A stretch of 64,000 nt of DNA from Candidatus Sumerlaeaceae bacterium (lineage in GTDB: Bacteria > Sumerlaeota > Sumerlaeia > Sumerlaeales > Sumerlaeaceae). How positions within the stretch are numbered: the first letter of the stretch is position 1; each line of letters begins with the position of its first letter. Below are positions 27,596 to 37,085 of this stretch, piece by piece. The notes under the pieces were generated by a model. It ran no database searches, was not told where the DNA came from, and worked only from the letters and a program-made list of their open reading frames with translations. A program made the translations under genes and the position numbers. Where the stretch lies: positions 96,001 through 160,000 of the forward strand of contig JBPCLP010000025.1 of NCBI GenBank assembly GCA_051003195.1, read 5' to 3'.

Positions 27596-28432
27596 ATGCG
27601 TAATCGTCAGACGATCAACTCCGTCGTCGAAGTCTCGGGGCGCGGCGTCCACACCGGGCAGGAAGGTACGGTGCGCTTTTTGCCGGCGCAATCGGGCGAA
27701 GGAATCATCTTCCGGAGAACGGACCTCCACGGCGAAGCGATACCTGCACGGCTGGACTACCTCGTGCCTGATCAGTTGCTGCGGCGAACCACACTTGCGA
27801 ACGGTCGTGCCAAAGTCCACACGATCGAACATGTGCTGTCCGCCGCAGCCGGATGTGATGTCGACGACTTGCTGATCGAAATGAACACAGGCGAGCCGCC
27901 CTTTCTGGACGGCAGCGCCGCACGGTTTGTCGAACTGCTTCAACAAGCGGGCATCACACAGCAGCGGGAGAATTGCCAGCCGCTCGAGATCGGCGAACCG
28001 CTGGCGTTCCGGGATGGAGACGCCGAGTTTTCGTGCCTCCCGTCTGACGAGTTTCGAGTCAGTTTCTTCTTCACCTCCGACCATCCTAAACTAAGGCGTC
28101 AGGCGGCCAGCATCGTCATAACGCCGGAAACGTACGCCGCGGAAGTCGCACCCGCCCGCACCTTTTGTTTCTTTGAAGAAATCGAGTCCATGCGTCGGCA
28201 GGGACTTATCAAAGGCGCCAACCTTTCCTCCGCTGTGGTGATTGGCCGCAAAGGCATGTTGAACGACTCGCTGCGTTTTCCGGATGAGCCGGTGCGGCAC
28301 AAAATTCTTGATTTTATCGGTGACCTCGCCCTGCTCGGACGACCCCTGAAGGGGCACTTCCTGGCGTGGCGTTCCGGTCATCGTGCCAATGCGGCGTTTG
28401 CGCTTTATCTCAAAAAGGAGTTCGGCCTGTGA
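27596..28432 (+). CDS. lpxC: UDP-3-O-acyl-N-acetylglucosamine deacetylase
   Basis: GRGVHTG, TIEHVLSA, DGSA, APARTF, RFPDEPVRHKILDFIGDL. Confidence 0.95.
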   Translation: MRNRQTINSVVEVSGRGVHTGQEGTVRFLPAQSGEGIIFRRTDLHGEAIPARLDYLVPDQLLRRTTLANGRAKVHTIEHVLSAAAGCDVDDLLIEMNTGEPPFLDGSAARFVELLQQAGITQQRENCQPLEIGEPLAFRDGDAEFSCLPSDEFRVSFFFTSDHPKLRRQAASIVITPETYAAEVAPARTFCFFEEIESMRRQGLIKGANLSSAVVIGRKGMLNDSLRFPDEPVRHKILDFIGDLALLGRPLKGHFLAWRSGHRANAAFALYLKKEFGL

Positions 28433-28908
28433 GTGAAACCCCGGCGGTACCCGCGGCGATGGACATCAACCGCATCCTGGAGATTCTCCCCCACCGCTAT
28501 CCGTTTCTGCTGGTGGATCGCATCCTCGAAATGCGCGAGGGGTTTGTAGTCGGCCAGAAGTGCGTCACGATGAACGAATGGTTTTTCCAGGGCCACTTCC
28601 CGCAGCAGCCGGTGATGCCGGGAGTCCTCATCCTCGAGGCGATGGCGCAGACGGGCGCTATACTCGCACATCTGCACGAGGAAAACCGCGGCCGCCTGAT
28701 TTTTCTCGCGGGTGTGGATGACGCGCGATTCCGCAAAGTCATATCGCCGGGCGATGTGCTGCGTATCGAGATGACTGAGATCCAGCGGCGCAAAAACATC
28801 GGCCGTTGCAGCGGACGCGTGCTCGTCGACGGCAAGCTTGCGTGCGAAGCTGTGCTGACCTTCGCGGTACAGGCATCGAGCCAGGGTCGGTCTGCCGATA
28901 GTTCGTAA
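28429..28908 (+). CDS. fabZ: 3-hydroxyacyl-ACP dehydratase
   Basis: LPHRYPFLLVDRI, FFQGHFP..PVMPGVLILEAMAQ; GTGA overlap with lpxC. Confidence 0.96.
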   Translation: MSETPAVPAAMDINRILEILPHRYPFLLVDRILEMREGFVVGQKCVTMNEWFFQGHFPQQPVMPGVLILEAMAQTGAILAHLHEENRGRLIFLAGVDDARFRKVISPGDVLRIEMTEIQRRKNIGRCSGRVLVDGKLACEAVLTFAVQASSQGRSADSS

Positions 28909-28966
28909 TCAGTTCTGTGTGCCGAATCGAGGGTAAGTTTGCCCTTTGGTCTGGTAAATGAACTAA
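28889..28966 (-). mobile_element. Family A hairpin element, copy 3 (truncated), overlapping the 3' end of fabZ
   Basis: TAGTTCGTAATCAGTTCTGTGTGCCGAATCGAGG...TTTGGTCTGGTAA..GAACTA matches 58183-58249; second hairpin arm absent. Confidence 0.75.
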
Positions 28967-29096
28967 GGGGCCCCCCGTCCACACGATACTCGTTGACACT
29001 ACCGAGTTTCATGTTTTTATAAGGTTTCCAATCCGGACTCGTTGCGTGATTTCACTCTGTCTGCTCCTGCCCGGCACTCCACAGGGGAGAATTCTC

Positions 29097-30356
29097 ATGC
29101 AGAAGCAAACCGTAACCCGGCATCTCGCCCGCTTTTCAATCCACGTCATCATCGCCGCGGCACTGTTAGCCAGCGCGGGCCTGATTCATGCCATCCCGCC
29201 GAACTTTGCCGTTCAGTTAAACAACCCGGGCCCCCTGGGCAGCGCCCTGAACTCACAGTTTGGTATAGCCATCGCAGGCACGGGCAAAGTGGTTTACGTC
29301 GGCGCGCCGACATTCGACCAGGACGGAACCGATTCCGGCGCTGTGTTCGCGTTCGACCAGAAGACCGGCGCCTACCAGGGCCGTCCAAGTTTCGGGGCCT
29401 TTTCCGCAGCCGATAACAAGATCGGTACTGCCCTGGCCGCGAACAAAAAGTATTGGATCGTCGGCGCACCGGGAACGACGCTCAGCGCAAATCTCAATGC
29501 CGGGCGCGTCTTCATCCTGTCCGCACGCGGCTTGCCCTCCCTCTATATTGACAACCCGGCGCCAGGCGTCGGCGACAATTTCGGCGCGGCCCTTGCCCTG
29601 TACAAGACTCTGCTCGTCATCGGAGCGCCCAAGGACACGGCACCCGGCGGCGGCCCTGCCGGTTCAGGCGCAGCGTACCTCGTAAACCTCAAGACCGGGC
29701 TGACACTGGTCGGGTTGATAGATCCGGGCGCCGCAGCTGGTGATACGGCGGGCGCGAGCGTCGCCGTCAGCAAAGACTATATCGTCGTCGGCGCGCCGGG
29801 CCGCCAGGTCGGTGGTTTCGCGGGCGCTGGCGCAGTGGCTGTCTTCGACGCAAAAACGGCTGCGTATCTCGGCACGCTTACCGATCCCTCGCCTAACACC
29901 GACGATGCATTTGGTTCAGCCGTTGCCATCAGCGGTTCGCTGGTTACCGTCGGCTCACCAAACAGCGAGTATATAACCGACGCCGTCTATACTAATGCAG
30001 GCGCCGTGTTCCAGTTCGACGCCGCTACGAGAACGTTGGTGCGAGAGCTCCCCGAAAATACATACAACGACGGCGGACACCGCGGCGCAGCAATGGCAAC
30101 GGATGGCAAACTGCTGATCGTCGGGAAACCAGACTTCTACTATTCCGGGCCAAACGCCGGATCAACCACTACGTACAAATACAAAACCGGCGAGGCCATC
30201 CGCGAGAACATCAGCGAGAACCCCGTTGCCGGTGGGAATTTCGGTAAAGCGGTCGCGGCGTTTAAGGGTGGCCGCTACGCCGTAGGCGAACCGTTCGGTC
30301 AGGATACCTCCGGAAACATCGTCGGAGCCGCTTACATGTATAACAAGTACCCGTGA
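29097..30356 (+). CDS. Secreted FG-GAP repeat (integrin-alpha-like beta-propeller) protein
   Basis: Seven FG-x-A-[VLI]-A...VGAP...GAV-type repeats; signal peptide; GGAG RBS. Confidence 0.85.
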   Translation: MQKQTVTRHLARFSIHVIIAAALLASAGLIHAIPPNFAVQLNNPGPLGSALNSQFGIAIAGTGKVVYVGAPTFDQDGTDSGAVFAFDQKTGAYQGRPSFGAFSAADNKIGTALAANKKYWIVGAPGTTLSANLNAGRVFILSARGLPSLYIDNPAPGVGDNFGAALALYKTLLVIGAPKDTAPGGGPAGSGAAYLVNLKTGLTLVGLIDPGAAAGDTAGASVAVSKDYIVVGAPGRQVGGFAGAGAVAVFDAKTAAYLGTLTDPSPNTDDAFGSAVAISGSLVTVGSPNSEYITDAVYTNAGAVFQFDAATRTLVRELPENTYNDGGHRGAAMATDGKLLIVGKPDFYYSGPNAGSTTTYKYKTGEAIRENISENPVAGGNFGKAVAAFKGGRYAVGEPFGQDTSGNIVGAAYMYNKYP

Positions 30357-30461
30357 TGGGCTGGTAGAGCGGGGTAAAACTACCGCTTGGCCTAACCCGC
30401 AGGAACCCGCCCGGCCCTGAATTCAAGTAGCGCGCCGAGCTTTACTTTCGCGTTTCGCGTC

Positions 30462-32663
30462 GTGCGTTTCCCAATCATGAATGTTTCAACGTTCCTTCAC
30501 GTCTCATTTGGATTCCTTGTTATGTCGACGTCCATCCCCGCCCACGCCGCCGAAACGCCCGCCGGCGACACGGCAACTTCGATCCCGGCAACACTGCTTC
30601 CTTTTAACCACGTACACGAACTCCTGGCCCCGCCAGAACCCGGCGCCGACTACAGGCTATGGCGCGAGGGAATGCTGAAGTGGCGCGAGGAACAGCGCGC
30701 GGTGCTCGCGAAACTTCGCCAGGACCTGGACGATCCATATGCGCTGCCGCAACTGCAGTGGACGCAGACGAGCTTCATGCAGATCCAGATGATGTCGCAC
30801 GAGCGGTACTTCTACGATCCCGCCACCCGGAAGTACACGGTGAATCGGCTGCTCGACGATCTCGAAAATCGCTACGGCGGCATCGACAGTGTGCTCGTCT
30901 GGCCGACGTATCCAAACATCGGGGTGGACAACCGAAACCAGTACGACCTGTGGCGCGACATGCCCGGCGGGCTGGAGGGCGTCCGCAAGATGGTGGCCGA
31001 TTTCCACCGCCGCGATGTCCGCGTGTTTGTTCCCATCATGTTCTGGGATCACGGCACCCGCGAGGAGGGCATGCCTATGCCCGACGCGCTGGCAAAGCTG
31101 TGCATGGAGATCGGTGCGGACGGCCTGAACGGCGACACGATGAGCGGCGTGACTCGCGACTTCTACGACGCCAGCGTAAAAATTAATTACCCGCTGGTCA
31201 TGGAACCGGAAAACGGCATGAGCGACATCCAGATGCTGGCCTGGAACACGATGACGTGGGGCTACTTCTTTCCCTACCAGGCCGCGCCGGGCGTGAACAA
31301 GTTCCGGTGGGTGGAGCCGCGACACATGACGCACACGTGCGACCGCTGGGCCCACAACCGCACGGACATGCTGCAGTACGCGTTCTTTAACGGCGCGGGT
31401 CATCAGGCATGGGAGAACGTGTGGGGCGTGTGGAATGGAATTACGCCCCGCGATGGCGAAGTCATCCGCCGCATCCAGATCATCTACAAGGCGCTGCCCC
31501 ACGGCGTGCTCTCAAGTGACGATTACGAGCCGCATTATCCCACGCTGAAGCAGGGCGTTTACGCGACGCGTTTCCCATCGGCGAACGGGACGCTGTATAC
31601 GATCGTCAATCGAACCAGTGACGCGCTCGACGAGCCGCTGCTCGAGGTCGCGGATGCGGCCGGTTCCCAGTGGTATGACCTGTGGAACGGCTCCGGGAAG
31701 GTGACCGTGACGCCGGGTGCGAACGGCGCTGCGGCGATCCGTGTGCCACTCGATCCCAATGGCTACGCCGCAGTTTTCCAGGCGAAGGGCGAGCTGGAGA
31801 AAATGGCAGGGCTGCTGAGCGCGATGGCCGACCGCGAGAAAACCCCGCTGGCGTCGCTATCCAACGAGTGGCGCGTGCTGCAGCAGCGCATCGTGCCGAT
31901 CGCGAAAACGTCGGCGGCGACCACCGCGCCGGAGGGGATGGTTCGCATCCCGGCCGGGCGGTTCGTGTTCGAGGTCGAAGGCGTGATGATCGAACAAAAC
32001 GAAGGCGTCGGGGTGCAGTTCCCGTGGGAAGATCAGCCGGAGCTGAAGCACGTCAAACCGATGGATATCGCGACGTTTTACATCGATAAATATCCCGTCA
32101 CGTGCGCACAGTTTAAGAAGTTCGTGGATGCGACAAACTATCGCCCCGCCGATGATCACAATTTCCTGAAGGGCTGGAACGGCACGAACCTTCCCGATGG
32201 TTATGCGAAGAAGCCCGTGACGTGGGTGTCGATGGAGGACGCGCGCGCGTACGCCGCGTGGGCCGGCAAGCGCCTCCCCCACGATTGGGAATGGCAGTTC
32301 GCGGCGCAGGGAAGCGATGGCCGGCTTTTTCCGTGGGGCAGCAAGGACCCAGCGCGCGTTCCGGCGTTCCACGAAACACGTACGCAGCCACCGCCGGACG
32401 ACGTCGACGCGCATCCGGCCGGGGCGAGCCCGTTCGGCGTAATGGATCTTGTAGGCAACGTGTGGCAGTGGACCGATGAATTCCACGACGACCACACGCG
32501 CGCCGCCCTGCTACGCGGCGGTAGCAATTACCGTCCAACCACTTCGCACTGGTACTTCCCGCAGGCGCACGAACTCAACAAACACGGCAAGTACCTGCTG
32601 ATGTCCCCCAGCCTGGACCGCTCCGCCACGATCGGCTTCCGGTGTGTGGCCGACGCTAAATAG
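30462..32663 (+). CDS. Secreted protein with N-terminal hydrolase-like region and C-terminal SUMF1/FGE-sulfatase domain
   Basis: FYIDKYPVT, WAGKRLP..WEWQFAA, DLVGNVWQW, LRGG, IGFRCV. Confidence 0.85.
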   Translation: MRFPIMNVSTFLHVSFGFLVMSTSIPAHAAETPAGDTATSIPATLLPFNHVHELLAPPEPGADYRLWREGMLKWREEQRAVLAKLRQDLDDPYALPQLQWTQTSFMQIQMMSHERYFYDPATRKYTVNRLLDDLENRYGGIDSVLVWPTYPNIGVDNRNQYDLWRDMPGGLEGVRKMVADFHRRDVRVFVPIMFWDHGTREEGMPMPDALAKLCMEIGADGLNGDTMSGVTRDFYDASVKINYPLVMEPENGMSDIQMLAWNTMTWGYFFPYQAAPGVNKFRWVEPRHMTHTCDRWAHNRTDMLQYAFFNGAGHQAWENVWGVWNGITPRDGEVIRRIQIIYKALPHGVLSSDDYEPHYPTLKQGVYATRFPSANGTLYTIVNRTSDALDEPLLEVADAAGSQWYDLWNGSGKVTVTPGANGAAAIRVPLDPNGYAAVFQAKGELEKMAGLLSAMADREKTPLASLSNEWRVLQQRIVPIAKTSAATTAPEGMVRIPAGRFVFEVEGVMIEQNEGVGVQFPWEDQPELKHVKPMDIATFYIDKYPVTCAQFKKFVDATNYRPADDHNFLKGWNGTNLPDGYAKKPVTWVSMEDARAYAAWAGKRLPHDWEWQFAAQGSDGRLFPWGSKDPARVPAFHETRTQPPPDDVDAHPAGASPFGVMDLVGNVWQWTDEFHDDHTRAALLRGGSNYRPTTSHWYFPQAHELNKHGKYLLMSPSLDRSATIGFRCVADAK

Positions 32664-33565
32664 GCAATGTCCGCATTCCTTTTACGCATCCCTGCGAGTT
32701 TGCCAGGTTTCGGAACCGGTGCTGTCGAATTAAAAGAATCGAGTTTGATGGGCAGGCGCCGGCGTATGCACGGTTTTAAAACGGTCGGTGAGCCTCCTTA
32801 ATCAAAACTAATCAAAACAATCAAACAATTGGCGTCGCTCATTGGCATTTCACGATTTAAATCAAACAGGCCAAAGGGGGGTATTTCGCCCTTTGATTTC
32901 CGTAATATTCCGATCATGTGGCCGCGCGTGCTCCAAAGATCGGCGGCGTGAACGACTTAATAGCAGGGGCGACTAAGGTTGGAGGTTTTCAAGTTTTCAA
33001 GTTTTTCAAGTTGGTATTCAAGTTTGCGTATGAAAGCTTGAAATGCTTGCAGATAAATCAAGTTGGCGAAAAATGGGTAATTTCGCCACTTGAAAAACGG
33101 TAATCCTCGCGTAAGAATTCGCGGGGGCCGTGGATTTCCCGCTTCCTCGCGCGATGGGCGGCTCTTTCCGCCAGGCGCAAAGACGTAAAATGCCACGCGG
33201 ATTGGGCACAGAAGTCCCTTTGCCGTCGGTCACGGCGTTCGGGCTGCATAGTTTTCAAAGAACGTGTTCAGCTTTACTACGCTGACACGTTTACACCAGT
33301 TGTGGAGGGGGTGTCACTTCCCAGGCGTCACCTTAGGGTACGCTAAGTCCAATAAAGTCGAAGAACGTTTTGGGCGAAGGTGCGCTGATGCGTGCGGGCA
33401 GCTCCGGAGGAGCGCGGTTGCTCGAGTGCCATTGATGTGGAGATTTCAGCGAGAAAGTTTGATCGTCGAGCGTCGCAGAGTGGACGCGCTCCCAAAGCCC
33501 CGTAGATGATCTTGTGGTGAAGTATTGCTTACGCTAGCAAATTAATTAGTGAAAACGTCAACCGT

Positions 33566-33696
33566 GGGGCTGTTGAAAAACCCTGTGTCTTTGTTCGACC
33601 CTTGCAGGGTCGTGAGGATATTACGCTCCAGATCCGCAGGTTGCACCTGCGGCTATTCATGTTCGACACCTCCGGTGTCGGTTTTTCAACACCCCC
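33566..33696 (+). mobile_element. 131-bp MITE (family M), copy 1, inserted in motif R
   Basis: TIR GGGGCTGTTGAAAAA...TTTTTCAACACCCCC; 5-bp direct repeat ACCGT at 33561-33565 and 33697-33701; three internal hairpins. Confidence 0.88.
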
Positions 33697-33732
33697 ACCG
33701 TCCCCGAATTAAAGACCGACGTAGTTCGCGGT

Positions 33733-34455
33733 TTAGCGTGTGCTGCCGGATTCCGGACCAATGCCGGGTCCCAGGAAAAAGACGTCCCCAGCGCTGACGG
33801 TGCCGTTCGTAGGGTCATAGGAGGTGGCGTTCGGGCTGTCGTGACCGAGTGTGGTGGCGTTCAGGTCAGGCCCGACACTTCGCAGCGCCCACAAAACGCC
33901 CGCGCTCCGGCTGATCCGTTCCGTCCATAGCGGCGGAGTAAGAGGAATGACAATGTTCTCATCCCGCCCATCCGGCGTCATGCGGTACGCGTAGTCAAAA
34001 GCGCACACGCTTGCCAGCTCGCCGCCCGGGCCCGTTTTGTAGTATTCCCCGAGCTGCGGGTTCCGGTAAACCGCGGTGCGGGCGAAGGTATCTTCGGGGA
34101 TTGAGGAAAGATAGGCGGTTGGAGTGGTCAGAACAATAAACCGGTTAATATAGTAGGCATAATTGCGAACGGATGTCGGAACCTGCCCGCCGTATGTGGG
34201 TTGATTATCCTGAAAGTCCGGAGGGTACTTGTTATCGTCGACCCGATACGATTCAAGGGCTGTGGCAACAGTTCTCATGTCGGCTTTCACTCTCGAAACC
34301 TTGGCCCGCGTCTGCGCTTCGAGAAAGTTCGGCACTGCGATGGCAGCCAGAATGGCGATGATTGCGACGACGATCAGCAATTCGATCAGAGTGAAGCCAC
34401 GATGAATCTTCCCGCCTGGATGGCACGGTACAAAACAATAGGACATAATGGTCAT
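33733..34455 (-). CDS. Type II secretion pseudopilin / type IV pilin-like protein
   Basis: GFTLIELLIVVAIIAILAAIAVPNF prepilin cleavage site; SVGPD and YDPTNGTVSAGD. Confidence 0.9.
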   Translation of the reverse strand: MTIMSYCFVPCHPGGKIHRGFTLIELLIVVAIIAILAAIAVPNFLEAQTRAKVSRVKADMRTVATALESYRVDDNKYPPDFQDNQPTYGGQVPTSVRNYAYYINRFIVLTTPTAYLSSIPEDTFARTAVYRNPQLGEYYKTGPGGELASVCAFDYAYRMTPDGRDENIVIPLTPPLWTERISRSAGVLWALRSVGPDLNATTLGHDSPNATSYDPTNGTVSAGDVFFLGPGIGPESGSTR

Positions 34456-34694
34456 CTCCGACAGCTTTGCGGTTTGGGTTTGGATCTACTGGTGCAAGTT
34501 GTTGCGGGCAAATTTGCAGATGCAATCAATAACGCTACCGCGCACCAGGTCTAAGGCGTGGAATAAAGTGCAATCAGCCTCGCCGGCATGGTTGCAGGCG
34601 GCCCCGGCTCGTTGTCAAAGTCATGTCATTCACAATAGTCATCTGGAAATCTCAATCACATCACGGTAAATTCCTGCAGCTTCTTGCGCGTCGG

Positions 34695-35003
34695 CTACTT
34701 TGCTGCCGCTTTATCGAGTCCATCAAGCAGCGGGCCAAATGCATCCCCGATCTTTGTTTCCGGCGGGAGAGGCGGCGGCAGCTTCGCGAGACAACGCTGT
34801 AGCACGGCAGTTAGATCAGGCATGGGAGCGACTTTATCAAGGTACGCGCGCATCTCCTTGTCCGCCGCGGCAAGAAAGGCGGTGGGGTTCCTTTTATCCC
34901 GGAGCCGCAGCAGACGCGCCGCACTCGTGAGCTGATCGGAATCAACCAGCACTATCCCGGCTGGTTTCTGCGGCTCTTCGCTGCCAAGGCTTTTAGCATC
35001 CAT
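34695..35003 (-). CDS. Hypothetical protein or C-terminal gene fragment
   Basis: 102-aa ORF with protein-like composition that starts next to the motif R/MITE junction. Confidence 0.3.
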   Translation of the reverse strand: MDAKSLGSEEPQKPAGIVLVDSDQLTSAARLLRLRDKRNPTAFLAAADKEMRAYLDKVAPMPDLTAVLQRCLAKLPPPLPPETKIGDAFGPLLDGLDKAAAK

Positions 35004-35027
35004 GCGCCATAGAAATTCGGGGACGTT

Positions 35028-35158
35028 GGGGCTGTTGAAAAACCCTCTATCTTTGTTCGACCCGTTCAGGGTCGTGGGGATATTACGCTCAAGATCCGCA
35101 GGTTGCACCTGCGGCTATTCATGTTCGACACCTCCGGTGTCGGTTTTTCAACAGCCCC
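35028..35158 (+). mobile_element. 131-bp MITE (family M), copy 2, inserted in an oppositely oriented motif R
   Basis: Perfect TIR GGGGCTGTTGAAAAA/TTTTTCAACAGCCCC; flanks ACGTT (35023-35027) and ACGGT (35159-35163); near-identical to 33566-33696. Confidence 0.88.
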
Positions 35159-35267
35159 ACGGTTGACGTTTCCCCCAATTTTTGGCGCCGATATGGGTCT
35201 ATTTTCCACGCTTTCGAGGAGCATTGATTCGCTGGGCGCGTGCATAGGATGGGATGGGGCGTGCGCC

Positions 35268-35426
35268 TCAGGAGGTGAACGGGTGTCGCGAGTGGCATGC
35301 CGCCGCCAGCATCGCCAGGTACACTGCGCGATCCTCGGGCTCAAAGATCACCGCCGCGCGATGATTGCCCCGAGACGTGATGTGATACGGCTCACCCGTC
35401 ACAACAACTCTTGCAAATCGCGGGAT
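35268..35426 (-). pseudogene. Second RAYT transposase N-terminal remnant, not in the ORF track
   Basis: Manual translation: (I)PRFARVVVTGEPYHITSRGNHRAAVIFEPEDRAVYLAMLAAACHSRHPFTS*. Confidence 0.75.
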
Positions 35427-35550
35427 GAGGCATTTCGGTAGCGTTCGACGTGCTCAACGCAAAAAGAAAAATTCCACGTCCTGAATTTTCAAGCGGGGAC
35501 CCTTCAACGAATCCAGCCGTTGAACCAGCAGAAGTTCCGGCTATATTCAG

Positions 35551-35862
35551 ATGACCAAAAAACCTGTCCAGCATGCCATTATATTTGGGTTTCTCGTTTT
35601 ACTAGTCGTTTTTGCTTTTGTTCTTTATATTACTGGCGGGCGGTTATGGTTCGGGCCCACACGCATTTCGGTAGGCACTGATTTTGCAGACAGCATGTTT
35701 AAATTAGGTCGCCCAAATCGGCTTGTCATACAACCAGCGGAACGCTCGTGTATTGTTCGCGCTGAGTATTCCGCTGGAAATGCTCTGTTTGGGTATTGGT
35801 CATATTACATTGAGACCGATTCCACCGGCAAGGTAACAAAATTCTTTGCGGATCGATTATGA
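35551..35862 (+). CDS. Small hypothetical protein with one N-terminal TM helix
   Basis: 103-aa ORF, AT-rich, hydrophobic segment IIFGFLVLLVVFAFVLYI. Confidence 0.5.
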   Translation: MTKKPVQHAIIFGFLVLLVVFAFVLYITGGRLWFGPTRISVGTDFADSMFKLGRPNRLVIQPAERSCIVRAEYSAGNALFGYWSYYIETDSTGKVTKFFADRL

Positions 35863-35896
35863 AATTGGGGCGCGCGCGGAGTTCCGCAATTGCCGT

Positions 35897-36574
35897 CTAT
35901 GGAAACCTGGTGTAGATCTGACCCAGCGTATCTCTTTGTGTTCGAAGGATCTCGCCACTGGAGATTGTGCCATTTGTCGAGTCGTATATCCAGCCGAGCG
36001 TGGTGTCCAATGTGCCAATCGTGTTGAATATCTTGTCGGGTCCGAGGCTGTACATCCGCCAGTAACCATAATCCGCAATGTCCCCCTCATTAAAGCCACT
36101 GCCAGGATCGGCAGCGAACTGGGCAATGTTATGGTAAATGAAAGTCATATCAAACAGATTGCCACTAGCGTAGGAGAGGCCTGTGTCCGGCGTCCTGTTG
36201 TTCGTACCTCCTATTTTGAAAACATCCTGCGGGACAGATGAGAGGTAAGCCACGGGTGTGGTGAGCTGCTGAGGCACACCTCGCCAAGCATTGCGCCTGG
36301 AGCTTCCGTAGCCATTATTCTGGTTCTCCGCCTGCCCATTCGGTGGCGCTCCAAGCATAGGCGGATATTTGTTATGGTCGACTGCGTAGGACTCCAGTCC
36401 GGTCGCCACGGTGCGCAGATCAGTGCGTGCGCGGCTGACTTTCGACCGCGTTTGTGCCTCGAGGAAGTTGGGGACGGCGATGGCTGCGAGGATGGCGATG
36501 ATCGCCACCACGATTAACAATTCGATGAGCGTGAAGCCGTGCCGTCGCCGATCGCGCGAGATTTTGGGAACCAT
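35897..36574 (-). CDS. Type II secretion pseudopilin / type IV pilin-like protein (paralog of 33733-34455)
   Basis: GFTLIELLIVVAIIAILAAIAVPNFLEAQTR, LTTPVAYLSSVP.D.F, SLGPD, YDSTNGTISSG. Confidence 0.92.
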   Translation of the reverse strand: MVPKISRDRRRHGFTLIELLIVVAIIAILAAIAVPNFLEAQTRSKVSRARTDLRTVATGLESYAVDHNKYPPMLGAPPNGQAENQNNGYGSSRRNAWRGVPQQLTTPVAYLSSVPQDVFKIGGTNNRTPDTGLSYASGNLFDMTFIYHNIAQFAADPGSGFNEGDIADYGYWRMYSLGPDKIFNTIGTLDTTLGWIYDSTNGTISSGEILRTQRDTLGQIYTRFP

Positions 36575-36897
36575 AGTACGTTTACCTTCTTAAAGAATAT
36601 GAAAGATCAGAACCATTTACCAAACTGCTTGTGCCGCCGGAAAGTCAATGGGGATTTCCAGGAGCGAGACCGAGATCGGGTGCCGTCCCGAATGCCACTA
36701 TGCAGAATTCAGGCTGATAGTGATGCGCTTACAAACTCATGTAAAATTAACATGATAACAGATTTTGAGACGATACAAGCTCGATTAGCATTATCAAGCC
36801 TCGGTGCACAATGAGCGTCAGCTCGGAGGATCGCGCATTGTGGAGGCGGAAACCCAGATGCTCATTCCAGTGACACTTACGCCGTCTACCCGCTTCC

Positions 36898-36906
36898 TGG
36901 TATACT
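36898..36906 (+). promoter_or_regulatory. Candidate extended -10 promoter for the four-gene helical operon
   Basis: TGGTATACT fits TGn-TATAAT with one mismatch, about 180 bp upstream of ATG 37086. Confidence 0.3.
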
Positions 36907-37085
36907 AATGGCGGGTCTGTCTGGCCATGTGTCGGGTTTGGGTTGACACCGAGCGCCCGGAAATGGCTGCTTTGTCTTGATTAGCTTAGTCCCCAGTGGC
37001 TGTTTTAGCGGGCGGTTCACGCGGATGCGATGGGGAGAGCGCGGGTGGGCCTTTTGTGCTTCTGCCGGCGCGGAAAGGCAGTGAT

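Noticed and set aside
33566..35158. Composite transposon formed by the two MITEs
   Set aside because: Each copy has its own target duplication within a separate motif R, which supports independent insertions
36960..37075. Possible tRNA or riboswitch upstream of the helical operon
   Set aside because: No T-loop/CCA cloverleaf or known aptamer consensus recognisable by eye
36996..37085. Upstream GTG start for helical protein 1
   Set aside because: ATG 37086 has the same GGAAAGG RBS as the sister genes and gives a matching length
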